IMG/VR virus record: IMGVR_UViG_3300012936_000011
Location: 1 to 62,754 of that record
Strand: one strand, 5' to 3'
Length of the DNA: 62,754 nt
Source of the DNA: a virus
Taxonomy: Duplodnaviria; Caudoviricetes
The position numbers and the translations under genes are program-made. Shown here one piece after another: positions 1 to 9,159 of the stretch; within the stretch, counting starts at the first letter, position 1, and every line of letters begins with the position of its first letter. The notes beneath the pieces were generated by a model. The model was not told where the DNA came from. It worked only from the letters and a program-made list of their open reading frames with translations, and made no database searches.

Positions 1-2614
1 TATAAGCACACTTACAGGCAGTGTTAATATTAATCATGCAGGTGGTCCAGGTAGTGGAGTAGTTACAGGTGGTATCAAAACACAAACTGTAGAAATAGGT
101 GACAACTTTATTGGAACTTATGACACTAATGCAAGTGTTGATATTGTTCCAAGCGGTACAGGAACTGTAGAACTAATAACAGCAGGTAAAACAGTAAACG
201 TTGATGGTAATGTACACGCAACAGGCAATATTACATTTGATGGAAATATTTTTATAGGTGGATCGGGTGCAGAAGATAATGTAAGATTCCTTGGAGATAT
301 TGATTCTGATCTAATGCCTGACATTGATGGTACTTACAACATTGGAACAAATGAGAAAAGATTTGATTACCAAACAGAAAATTTATCTGTAGACAGTGTA
401 ATTAATGCAGAAAATGTAACTATTGATGGTATTGAAGTTACACTTTCACAAGGTAACATTTTTTATGTTTCTGTAAATGGTAATGATAGCAAACGTGGTA
501 CTAACCCACAAGGACCTTTAGGAACAATTAAAGAAGCGTTGCGTCAAGCAACTGCTGGTGATACAGTATACATATATGCTGGCGACTATGAAGAAGTATT
601 TCCTTTAGAAGTACCGGCTGGTGTAACAGTAAAAGGTCAAGACTTACGTAATGTAGAAATACGTCCTACAACAGATAATCAAAGTGAAGATGCATTTTTA
701 CTTAACGGCGAAAGTACAGTTGAAAATTTAACAATTAAAAACTTCTTTTATGACAATGCAAATAACAAAGGACACGCATTTAGATTTGCAGGAGATTCTA
801 AAGTAACAACACGTAGTCCTTATATTAGAAATGTTACAGTCATAACACAAGGTAGTGCAACAAGTGCAAGTGATCCAAGAGGCTTTGCAAGTGGTGACGC
901 GGGACGCGGTGCGTACATAGACGGAAGTGTAATGGACCACGATACTAATGAAGCAAGTATGCTTTTCCATAGTGTTACATTTATTTGTCCAGGCGTTGAT
1001 GCTGTGACAATGACTAACGGTGTAAGAGTAGAATGGTTAAACAGTTTTACATATTTTGCAAATAGATCATATCATATTATTAATGGTCCAGGTAGATGGA
1101 GATCAGATAGTGTTTTAATTAAAGGTGGAGAATTACGTTCAATTGGATCAGCAAGTGTATATGGAAATTATGGTATTGTAGCAGATGGTAATGAAACACT
1201 TGCATATTTGATATCACATAACTTTGCCTATGTTGGTACAGGAAAAGATGTTACAAATGATAACACATTAACAGTTGAAGCACAAGAAGTACAAAAATTA
1301 AATGGAGGTACAGTACATTTCCAATCACAAGATCAACGTGGACGTTTTAAAGTTGGTGATAATTTCTTTGTAAACTTAGAAGACGGCACAACAAGTATTG
1401 ATGCTGATGCAGTTGATGCAGTAGGTGTATCAAGTTTACGTGTTACAACTAATAATCAGATTTCATTTATCAATGGTGAAACAATGGAAACTGGAGCATT
1501 AAGAATTTTACCACGTAAAATTAAAAGTGTTGCAGGTCCTATTAACTTTAATAGTCCAAGTAAAGTACATAACTTATTGACAAATACAAGAATGGCAGAA
1601 TTAAGTCTACAAGGAAATTTAGCACTTGGCGGTTCTTTAATTACTTTAGGTGATCAACCAAGCGACACTGTAGATTTTACAACTTCATTTGCACAAGATT
1701 TATATCCAGATACAACAAACACTTACGACTTAGGTACAAATAGTTTACGTTGGAGAAAAGGATATTTTAACGAATTAGCATTAGATAGTTTTAATTTTAA
1801 TGATAATATTATACAAACAAATAATACAAATGAAGATTTAGAATTAAGAGCAAGTGGCAGTGCTAATGTTGTATTTGATAATGTTACTGCCAGATCAAAC
1901 ATATTAGGCTCATACAATGATGATTTAACATTAAGTCCTGCTACAAATTTAAATATGTCAGCAACTAATAATTTAGGACTACCGGTAGGTACAAATGTAC
2001 AACGTAAAGACAATGTAGGTGATTTACGTTACAATACTGATATAGGAATATTTGAAGGTTACAGCGGCGGTAATGTAAGTTTTGACGGTTCTGTATATGA
2101 TACAGATAGAGATACATATATCGACTTATCAAATAATCAATTTGAATTAGTTACAGGTAATGCACGTAACACATTATTCAATGGTGATATATTTCAAACT
2201 ACAAGACTTGATTCACAAAACAGTTTATCTATAGACGGAAACACAATAACAAGTGCTACTCCAAATGCAGATATTCAGTTTTTATCTAATGGATTAGGAT
2301 CTATTGGGCAAGAAGATTTAGTGTTTAAAAACAGCACAATCACTAATACACTTAATACACCGTTTACATTTAGTCTTGCTGACATTTATTCTTATTTGAA
2401 ATTCGATCAAACTATGGGTATTGTTGTACCGTTTGGTGATGATAGTACAAGACCAGGCAGTCCAGAACAAGGTACTTTACGTTTCAATACACAGCGAGGA
2501 TATCTTGAAAGTTGGAACGGAACACAGTGGGTATTAGCGGCAGGTGGTGGTGAATCTGTTACAGAAGAATACGCTGAAAACGTCAACTTCCTTTGGAACG
2601 TTATATTAGGCTAA
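1..2614 (+). CDS. Large virion fibre/appendage protein, 5'-truncated; beta-helix (pectin-lyase-like) domain and repeated fibre segments
   Basis: The frame of ORF 314..2614 is open from base 2 (ISTLTGSVNINHAGG...), so the true start lies upstream of the window. Motif FYVSVNGND..G....PLGTIKEAL..A..GDTVYIYAGDYEE and C-terminal G.LRFNT...LE.W fibre motif. Clear paralog of 2753..6463. Confidence 0.75.
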   Translation, partial: ISTLTGSVNINHAGGPGSGVVTGGIKTQTVEIGDNFIGTYDTNASVDIVPSGTGTVELITAGKTVNVDGNVHATGNITFDGNIFIGGSGAEDNVRFLGDIDSDLMPDIDGTYNIGTNEKRFDYQTENLSVDSVINAENVTIDGIEVTLSQGNIFYVSVNGNDSKRGTNPQGPLGTIKEALRQATAGDTVYIYAGDYEEVFPLEVPAGVTVKGQDLRNVEIRPTTDNQSEDAFLLNGESTVENLTIKNFFYDNANNKGHAFRFAGDSKVTTRSPYIRNVTVITQGSATSASDPRGFASGDAGRGAYIDGSVMDHDTNEASMLFHSVTFICPGVDAVTMTNGVRVEWLNSFTYFANRSYHIINGPGRWRSDSVLIKGGELRSIGSASVYGNYGIVADGNETLAYLISHNFAYVGTGKDVTNDNTLTVEAQEVQKLNGGTVHFQSQDQRGRFKVGDNFFVNLEDGTTSIDADAVDAVGVSSLRVTTNNQISFINGETMETGALRILPRKIKSVAGPINFNSPSKVHNLLTNTRMAELSLQGNLALGGSLITLGDQPSDTVDFTTSFAQDLYPDTTNTYDLGTNSLRWRKGYFNELALDSFNFNDNIIQTNNTNEDLELRASGSANVVFDNVTARSNILGSYNDDLTLSPATNLNMSATNNLGLPVGTNVQRKDNVGDLRYNTDIGIFEGYSGGNVSFDGSVYDTDRDTYIDLSNNQFELVTGNARNTLFNGDIFQTTRLDSQNSLSIDGNTITSATPNADIQFLSNGLGSIGQEDLVFKNSTITNTLNTPFTFSLADIYSYLKFDQTMGIVVPFGDDSTRPGSPEQGTLRFNTQRGYLESWNGTQWVLAAGGGESVTEEYAENVNFLWNVILG

Positions 2615-2626
2615 TAACCAAAATCA

Positions 2627-2634
2627 TATAAATA
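2627..2634 (+). promoter_or_regulatory. T4-type late promoter TATAAATA
   Basis: Exact T4 late consensus in an intergenic gap upstream of a structural gene. Confidence 0.75.
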
Positions 2635-2641
2635 CTATTAA

Positions 2642-2735
2642 TGCAACAATGGCTGGCCAAGCCGTTGCAGGACAAACCGTGGTTAACCAGCGATAGAGAC
2701 ACAAAGTCTGAACAGGTTAGAGGCACAGGATGCCC
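2642..2735 (+). ncRNA. Candidate structured 5' leader RNA (cis-regulatory, riboswitch-like)
   Basis: GC-rich non-coding island between the late promoter and the SD (AGGAG 2742-2746). Several hairpins: TGCAAC..GGCT/AGCCGTTGCA, TGG-TTAA-CCA, AGAC-ACAAA-GTCT, GGCA-CAGGA-TGCC. Confidence 0.45.
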
Positions 2736-2752
2736 GTTTATAGGAGAAGAAA

Positions 2753-5700
2753 GTGGCAGTTGGTCGTATATCTGGTCCGCTTTTAAAGTCAAATTTGCTA
2801 CGTCAAGGCGTAGATTTGGCATTTGAGACGGATCTACTCTACTTAGATGTAAGTAATAGCCGTATTGGGGTGAAAAACGCTACACCTTCTGTAGAATTAG
2901 ATGTAAACGGGTCAGTAAGAATTCAAACATTAGATATATTAGACACTACCTTACCAATCGGTAATGTAACTATAGACGGCAATACTAATACAATATCTAC
3001 AACAGCAAATCAGTTTAACATTGCAACACCAAACTCTGTTATCTATCAAGATAGATTACAAGTAGATGACATTGAGATTGATGGTGCAACTATTCGTGCA
3101 TTAGGAACTAACCAAGATTTAACTTTCCGTCCAAACGGAACAGGAACTATTAATTTCCAAGGTAGCACAAATATCACAGGTAACTTACACGCAACTGGTA
3201 ACATCAGTGCAGACGGCGATATTAACATCGGTGATGATGATACAGACAGCATTACAATTAACGCAGATATAGCAAGTAATTTAACACCAGATGTAACTAA
3301 TACATATTCAATTGGTAGTGCTACTAAAAAATGGTCGCAGGGTTACTTTAATAATTTAACTGCAACAAGCATTACAACACAAGGTTTATCCGTTGGTGAT
3401 TTAGATTTGACTGCGTATCCAGGTAATATTTTATATGTTGCTAAAAATGGTGATGATACACACTCAGGACAACACCCACAAGATCCTTTCTTAACAGTTG
3501 CTAAGGCTTTAAGTGTTGCAACTACAGGTGATACAATTCACATATATCCAGGAGAGTATGAAGAAGTATTTCCTTTAAACGTGCCTGTAGGTGTTGCTGT
3601 AATGGGTGCAGGATTAAGATCTGTTAATATTAAACCTACAGCAGGAACAAACAATAATAATGCATTTGTTTTACAAGGTGAAACAAGTGTTATGGATCTT
3701 ACACTTAAAGATTTTTATTATGATAGTATTAATGATACAGGGTACGGATTTAGTTTTGCAAACAATTTTGAAGTTACGTCAAGATCACCATATATTAAAA
3801 ACGTAACTGTAATCACAAAAGGTAGTGTAACAAGTGCAAGTGATCCAAGAGGTTTTGATCAAGGAGATGCTGGTAAAGGTGCTTATGTAGACGGATCATT
3901 AGCAACTGCAAATTCAAGAGAAGCAAGTATGCTATTCCATGCAGTAACTTTTATTACACCTGGTGTAGATGCTTTGACAACTACTAACGGTGCAAGGATT
4001 GAATGGTTAAATTCATTTACATATTTTGCTAACAGAGGATTGTATGCAATCAACGGAACAACAGGATTAAAAGGTACAGGTAGTACAAGAATTAAATTAA
4101 GTGGACTTGTTGGTACTCCAACAATAGGAGAAACGTTTCAATATGTTGATAGCAATGGTCAAAATGTAAATGCTGTTGTAAACAACGTTGACGGTGACTA
4201 TATTAAACTTAACGGAAATGTTTCCGGCATTGAAACTAAATTTCAACGTGGTGGTAAAACTGTAGTTGCAGAAGGCAACGCACAAATAGATACTGCAATT
4301 AAGAAATTTGGTACAGGATCTTTACTTTTAGACGGGACAGGAGATTATATTGCTGTTGCTAATGATCCAGACTTTGGTTTTGGAACAGGAACCTTTACTA
4401 TTGAAGGTTGGGTATACGCAAACAATGTTTCAGGTACACACGCTTTTGTTGACATGAGATCAGGCACTGCAACAGATTCAGGATTGTATGTGTATGTACA
4501 AGCAGGTACAGTTTATGTTTACCATAACGGAGCAAATCTATTAAGTGGCGGAACATTATCTACAACAACATGGACACATATTGCAGTTTCAAGAACAGGA
4601 ACAACAATTAATTTATATGTAAACGGAGCGAGAGTTGACTCTAATAATTCATTTAACAATGACTTAGGTTTGACAAAACCTCTTAAAATAGGTTCAGCAT
4701 ATGATGCATCTAATTTTTGGAACGGTCATATTGATGACTTTAGAATTTCTACAGTTGCAAGATATACAACAGGAACTTATACTCCTCCATTAAATGAAAC
4801 TGCAAACGATTCAGATACAGAAATACTATTAAGATTTAACGGTGTAGATAGTTCAAGCACATTTATAGATGAAACTTTTGTTTTACAAAATATTGGATTC
4901 GGCGGTGGAGCATATGCAACAGGAATTGAACTTGCAGATTTTACAGACTTTGGTTGTGAAATAAGATCAATTGGTAGTGCTTGTGTTTATGGTAATTATG
5001 GAATCTATGGAGATGGTAATGGTGTTACTATGTACCTTATCTCACACAACCTTGCATACATTGGTAACGGAAAAGAAGTTGACAACGATTCAACAACAGT
5101 TATACAAAGTCAAGAAGTAACAAAACTTAATAGTGCAAAAGTATTTTTTAGTTCAGTTGACCACAAAGGGGATTTTAGAGTTGGAGATATTTTCCATGTA
5201 GATCAAGCAGACGGAACTGTTAACTTTACAAATGCAAACTTTAACATTGACACACTTGAAAGTGTTAGATTTAGCACAGGTGCAAGTACAACAATTATTG
5301 ACGGAGAAAAATTACAAACAGGAAATATTAAATTCAGCGGAAACACTGTTGAAAGTTTAAGTGGAGATTTAAATGTTGATAGTGCTGATGGTATAATTAA
5401 TTTTACTGACGATGTAAACATTACAGGAAACTTAGACGTCACAGGTGATGTAACAATAGGTGGTAACATTACTATTGGTGATGATGCAAGTGATAGCATT
5501 AACATTGTTGCAGGAATTGCAAGTAATCTTGTACCAAGTGAAGATGGAACTTTTGACTTAGGTATTGCAAGTAAAGAATGGAAAAAAGTTTACACAGGCG
5601 AAGCACAAATAGATGATATTAATATTAATACAAATGTAATTCAAACAACAAACACTAACCAAGATTTAGAGTTACGTGCAAGTGGTACAGGAAGTATTAA

Positions 5701-6463
5701 AGTAGATGATTTAAGTTTCAAAGCAAATATTATTAACGCACCAGGAGATATAATTCTTGATCCAGGTAGCGAAACAGTAAAAATTGATTCGACAGGATCA
5801 CTAACATTACCGAAAGGTACAACAGCACAACGTCCAAGTACAGCAGTAAATGGTATGATTCGTTACAACACAGATACAGATGTGTTTGAAGGATACGACG
5901 GAAATTGGATAACTTTAAATGGTGTACGTGATGTTGACCAGGACACTTATATTCTTGCAGAACAAACTCCTGGGTCAGACGATGATACACTGTATTTTTA
6001 TGCAGGTGGATCACAAGTAGCAGATATTAACTCAACACGCTTTAATGTAAACAAAATTGCAGTAGATGACATTGAAATCGAAGGAAATACTGTAAGAACT
6101 GTTACAACTAACGCAGATTTGAACTTAGAAGCGAACGGAACTGGTAAAGTTATTGTAGAAAATTTTGGATTCAATCAAAATTCGATAACTAATACTGTAG
6201 CAGGTGCGGTTACTACTCTTGCTCAAACTGGTACAGGTTACTTCAAAATTGAAGGAACAGGTGGATTTGTTATTCCAGTTGGTACGTTGTCAAATAGACA
6301 TCCTACACCAGAAACAGGAATGATGCGTTTTAACACCCAGGATGACAGAGTTGAAATTTACGATCAAGCAGGTCAGTGGGTTTCAGTTGCAGGTAGTTCA
6401 GGTGCAGTATCTGCACAGGACGCGGAAGAAATTGCAATTAGAATGGCGGTTACGATAGGATAA
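2753..6463 (+). CDS. Large virion fibre protein with beta-helix domain and an inserted LamG/concanavalin-A-like lectin domain
   Basis: 1236 aa, GTG start after AGGAG. LamG-like segment (FGTGTFTIEGWVY...WTHIAVSR...LYVNG...GHIDDFRIS) is inserted into a scaffold shared with the upstream paralog. Confidence 0.8.
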   Translation: MAVGRISGPLLKSNLLRQGVDLAFETDLLYLDVSNSRIGVKNATPSVELDVNGSVRIQTLDILDTTLPIGNVTIDGNTNTISTTANQFNIATPNSVIYQDRLQVDDIEIDGATIRALGTNQDLTFRPNGTGTINFQGSTNITGNLHATGNISADGDINIGDDDTDSITINADIASNLTPDVTNTYSIGSATKKWSQGYFNNLTATSITTQGLSVGDLDLTAYPGNILYVAKNGDDTHSGQHPQDPFLTVAKALSVATTGDTIHIYPGEYEEVFPLNVPVGVAVMGAGLRSVNIKPTAGTNNNNAFVLQGETSVMDLTLKDFYYDSINDTGYGFSFANNFEVTSRSPYIKNVTVITKGSVTSASDPRGFDQGDAGKGAYVDGSLATANSREASMLFHAVTFITPGVDALTTTNGARIEWLNSFTYFANRGLYAINGTTGLKGTGSTRIKLSGLVGTPTIGETFQYVDSNGQNVNAVVNNVDGDYIKLNGNVSGIETKFQRGGKTVVAEGNAQIDTAIKKFGTGSLLLDGTGDYIAVANDPDFGFGTGTFTIEGWVYANNVSGTHAFVDMRSGTATDSGLYVYVQAGTVYVYHNGANLLSGGTLSTTTWTHIAVSRTGTTINLYVNGARVDSNNSFNNDLGLTKPLKIGSAYDASNFWNGHIDDFRISTVARYTTGTYTPPLNETANDSDTEILLRFNGVDSSSTFIDETFVLQNIGFGGGAYATGIELADFTDFGCEIRSIGSACVYGNYGIYGDGNGVTMYLISHNLAYIGNGKEVDNDSTTVIQSQEVTKLNSAKVFFSSVDHKGDFRVGDIFHVDQADGTVNFTNANFNIDTLESVRFSTGASTTIIDGEKLQTGNIKFSGNTVESLSGDLNVDSADGIINFTDDVNITGNLDVTGDVTIGGNITIGDDASDSINIVAGIASNLVPSEDGTFDLGIASKEWKKVYTGEAQIDDININTNVIQTTNTNQDLELRASGTGSIKVDDLSFKANIINAPGDIILDPGSETVKIDSTGSLTLPKGTTAQRPSTAVNGMIRYNTDTDVFEGYDGNWITLNGVRDVDQDTYILAEQTPGSDDDTLYFYAGGSQVADINSTRFNVNKIAVDDIEIEGNTVRTVTTNADLNLEANGTGKVIVENFGFNQNSITNTVAGAVTTLAQTGTGYFKIEGTGGFVIPVGTLSNRHPTPETGMMRFNTQDDRVEIYDQAGQWVSVAGSSGAVSAQDAEEIAIRMAVTIG

Positions 6464-6467
6464 ATTA

Positions 6468-6797
6468 ATGGCAACATTTTTTAAAAATAAAGTAGTAAAA
6501 GAAATAGGAAAAGTTGATGTACCGATCTATGAAGTAGGTCCGAGTGCAAGAGCAACAGTTATTGGATTAAGTTTAGCAAACTTAACAGAGTCAGTAGTTA
6601 GTGCCAATGTTAAAATTGCAGACGATACATCTGTAACAGGTTTCTATTTAAAAGACGTACTTATTCCACCGAACTCAACAATGAAAGTTTTAAACGGTGG
6701 TGAAAAAATTATACTTGCGCCAACAAATATTTTGTTCGCAAGTTCAGACATTGATGCAAGTTTAGATTGCATCTTAAGTTTTGTGGAGATAGTGTAA
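6468..6797 (+). CDS. Small virion/fibre-associated protein
   Basis: 109-aa beta-rich ORF in operon context. Similar to 20543..20860 (YEV(P/G)...A.V..LS..N pattern). Confidence 0.6.
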   Translation: MATFFKNKVVKEIGKVDVPIYEVGPSARATVIGLSLANLTESVVSANVKIADDTSVTGFYLKDVLIPPNSTMKVLNGGEKIILAPTNILFASSDIDASLDCILSFVEIV

Positions 6798-6798
6798 T

Positions 6799-7257
6799 AT
6801 GTCTAACTTCTATGCAGGACAAACTATTAAAGATACAATCATCGATAATCTCGGTGAAAGATATTTTTATGGATTGAGACGCACAGATGCTGGTGAATTA
6901 TTTTTAGGAAAACTTGACCAATTAAGTTTGAATGATACAATTCAAATTAACAAAGAAGGTGATGTTGTAGATAACTTTACTGACTTTGATGAAGGATCAG
7001 AGTTTTTTGAAGGTAGAGATTCTGCACACAACTTAACTTATAAAAATTTAAATTATGAACAATTTCGTTGGGATGATGCAAACTTATTTTATTACGTAAA
7101 TGAAGAAGGCGAACTTGTTGTAAGAATTAACCAAGGTCCAAATGATGGTGCTGTAACATATGCTGGAGATACTATTACAATTATCGACAGTGATAAAGAA
7201 TGGGATAACACCAATCTTACGTTGGACAATAACAATATTACATTCGACCAAACATAG
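6799..7257 (+). CDS. Hypothetical virion protein (paralog of 8752..9120)
   Basis: Shares FYGLRRT..G.L.L...DQ, EFFEGRD..HN..Y.NL.YEQFRWDD.NL.YYV.E.G.LVVRINQ with 8752..9120. Confidence 0.65.
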   Translation: MSNFYAGQTIKDTIIDNLGERYFYGLRRTDAGELFLGKLDQLSLNDTIQINKEGDVVDNFTDFDEGSEFFEGRDSAHNLTYKNLNYEQFRWDDANLFYYVNEEGELVVRINQGPNDGAVTYAGDTITIIDSDKEWDNTNLTLDNNNITFDQT

Positions 7258-7274
7258 GAGAGTAGGAGTAGGAT

Positions 7275-8741
7275 ATGACAAAACAAACAGTAAACGTAGG
7301 TGTTTTGCCCAACGACGGTCAAGGTGATAACCTTAGGGCAGGTGCTACGAAAATCAATAATAACTTTAACGAGTTATATACAGCATTAGGAGATGGAGAC
7401 CAATTAAGTCTTGTAAGTCTTGATGGTATTTTTAATTCGTTTCCAGCAACAGCAACTGGTAGTAACAAAATTACATTTTTATACAACACATTCGGATCGT
7501 TACCAAATCCTACTACGTACGATGGAATGTTTGCAAAAGTTACTGCTGATGATGCTACTTACTATGCTCATAACAATGCTTGGGTCAAACTACTCGACAC
7601 TACTTCTCCGTTATCGTCATTAGGAAATGTTTCAGCAACATCTCCAAGTGATGGACAAGCACTTGTTTATAGTTCAAGCAGTAGTTCATGGGGACCAGGA
7701 ACAGTAGCAGGCGGTGGAGGAGGATCCACAACATTTGGTGGACTTACAGATACTCCAACTAACTTTGCAGGTGCAGGCGGAAATCTTGTAAGAGTTAATT
7801 CAGGTGCAACAGCATTAGAATTTTCAACAACTATTACAGCGGCTGAAGTTGCTAATATTCCAGTAACAGCATTAAGCAATGTTTCTTCAACTGCTCCAAG
7901 TACAGGTGATGTACTTAAATGGGACGGTTCACAATGGGCACCAGGTACTGATATTGCGTCAGGTGGTGCAGGACTTGATGCAGACACACTTGATGGTTTT
8001 GACTCTGCACACTTTTTAGATTATACAAACTTTACAAACACTCCAACATTATTTGGCGGAGCGTTCTTAAACTTAACAGACACACCAAGTGCATTTACTG
8101 GAGCGGCAAATAGATTTGTTAAAGTTAATAGTGCAGGAAATGCATTAGAATTTGTTGTTGATCAATCAACAGACCAAAACTTGTTTGCAACAGTAGCAGG
8201 TGACTCAGGTTCAACAACTGCAAGTGGTTTAACAGACACATTGACTATTGCAGGTGGTACAGATATTGTAACTGAAATGGTTGCTGGAACACTTACAGTA
8301 AACTTTAATGGTACAGTTGGTGCGACAAACTTAAACGGATTATCAGATGTATCTACTGCAAATGCTAAAGTAGGTAGTGTGCCGAAATTCAATGGCACAA
8401 GTTTTGCAATGGACAGTGATGCAAGTATTACATGGACAATTGGTGCTAATGGTGCAAGTGATTACACATTCAGTGGACCAGGTTTTCCAAGTACAACAAA
8501 TGATCCAGTTTTATATTTAATGAGAGGAATGACATATTACTTTATTAATAACAGTGGAGGAAGTCACCCATTTGAAATAAGAGTATCAAATGGTGGCGGT
8601 GCATACAACACTGGAGTTTCAAATAACAATGCGGCAACAGGTGTAATTAAGTTTGTTGTACCAATGGCGGCTCCAAGCACATTATATTATCAATGTACTG
8701 CACACAGTAATATGGGGAACACAATTAACATTGTAACATAG
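7275..8741 (+). CDS. Tail fibre/baseplate-attached protein with a T4 gp9/gp10-like N-terminus and a C-terminal cupredoxin-like domain
   Basis: N-terminus KQTVNVG..PNDGQGDNLRAGATKINNNFNELY; L..L.DV fibre repeats; C-terminal HPF...YYQCTAHSNMG. Confidence 0.75.
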   Translation: MTKQTVNVGVLPNDGQGDNLRAGATKINNNFNELYTALGDGDQLSLVSLDGIFNSFPATATGSNKITFLYNTFGSLPNPTTYDGMFAKVTADDATYYAHNNAWVKLLDTTSPLSSLGNVSATSPSDGQALVYSSSSSSWGPGTVAGGGGGSTTFGGLTDTPTNFAGAGGNLVRVNSGATALEFSTTITAAEVANIPVTALSNVSSTAPSTGDVLKWDGSQWAPGTDIASGGAGLDADTLDGFDSAHFLDYTNFTNTPTLFGGAFLNLTDTPSAFTGAANRFVKVNSAGNALEFVVDQSTDQNLFATVAGDSGSTTASGLTDTLTIAGGTDIVTEMVAGTLTVNFNGTVGATNLNGLSDVSTANAKVGSVPKFNGTSFAMDSDASITWTIGANGASDYTFSGPGFPSTTNDPVLYLMRGMTYYFINNSGGSHPFEIRVSNGGGAYNTGVSNNNAATGVIKFVVPMAAPSTLYYQCTAHSNMGNTINIVT

Positions 8742-8751
8742 GAAACAGATT

Positions 8752-9120
8752 ATGGCAACATTTTATCAAGGAACAGACGTAGGAACAATTCTTAAATCCG
8801 TAAAAGGTAGTAGATTCTTTTATGGCTTACGTAGAACAAATGAAGGTGATTTGTATTTGATAAAATCAGATCAAATGAAAAGTACTGACGGTGTACAAGT
8901 TAACAAACCAGGTGATCCTACAGAAAATTATCCAGATTTTCAAAGAGGCATTGAATTTTTTGAAGGAAGAGATGAAGAACATAACACGTCTTATGCTAAT
9001 TTAAGATATGAACAATTTAGATGGGACGATAGAAATTTAATTTACTATGTTGACGAGCAAGGTAACTTGGTTGTACGTATTAACCAGAATTATGATTTTC
9101 CAGAAGGGGTGTCTCCATAA
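8752..9120 (+). CDS. Hypothetical virion protein (paralog of 6799..7257)
   Basis: 122 aa with the shared YGLRRT and YEQFRWDD motifs. Confidence 0.65.
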   Translation: MATFYQGTDVGTILKSVKGSRFFYGLRRTNEGDLYLIKSDQMKSTDGVQVNKPGDPTENYPDFQRGIEFFEGRDEEHNTSYANLRYEQFRWDDRNLIYYVDEQGNLVVRINQNYDFPEGVSP

Positions 9121-9122
9121 TG

Positions 9123-9130
9123 GTTAAATA
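9123..9130 (+). promoter_or_regulatory. Late promoter variant GTTAAATA
   Basis: TAAATA core in the intergenic gap before the 2073-aa gene. Confidence 0.55.
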
Positions 9131-9159
9131 CAATAGTAACGCAAGAAACGAGAGAATAA

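Noticed and set aside
2641-2826. 61-aa plus-strand ORF starting 6 nt after the late promoter
   Set aside because: It overlaps the fibre gene out of frame and has no recognisable features. The region is better explained as a structured leader, although a leaderless regulatory uORF cannot be fully excluded.
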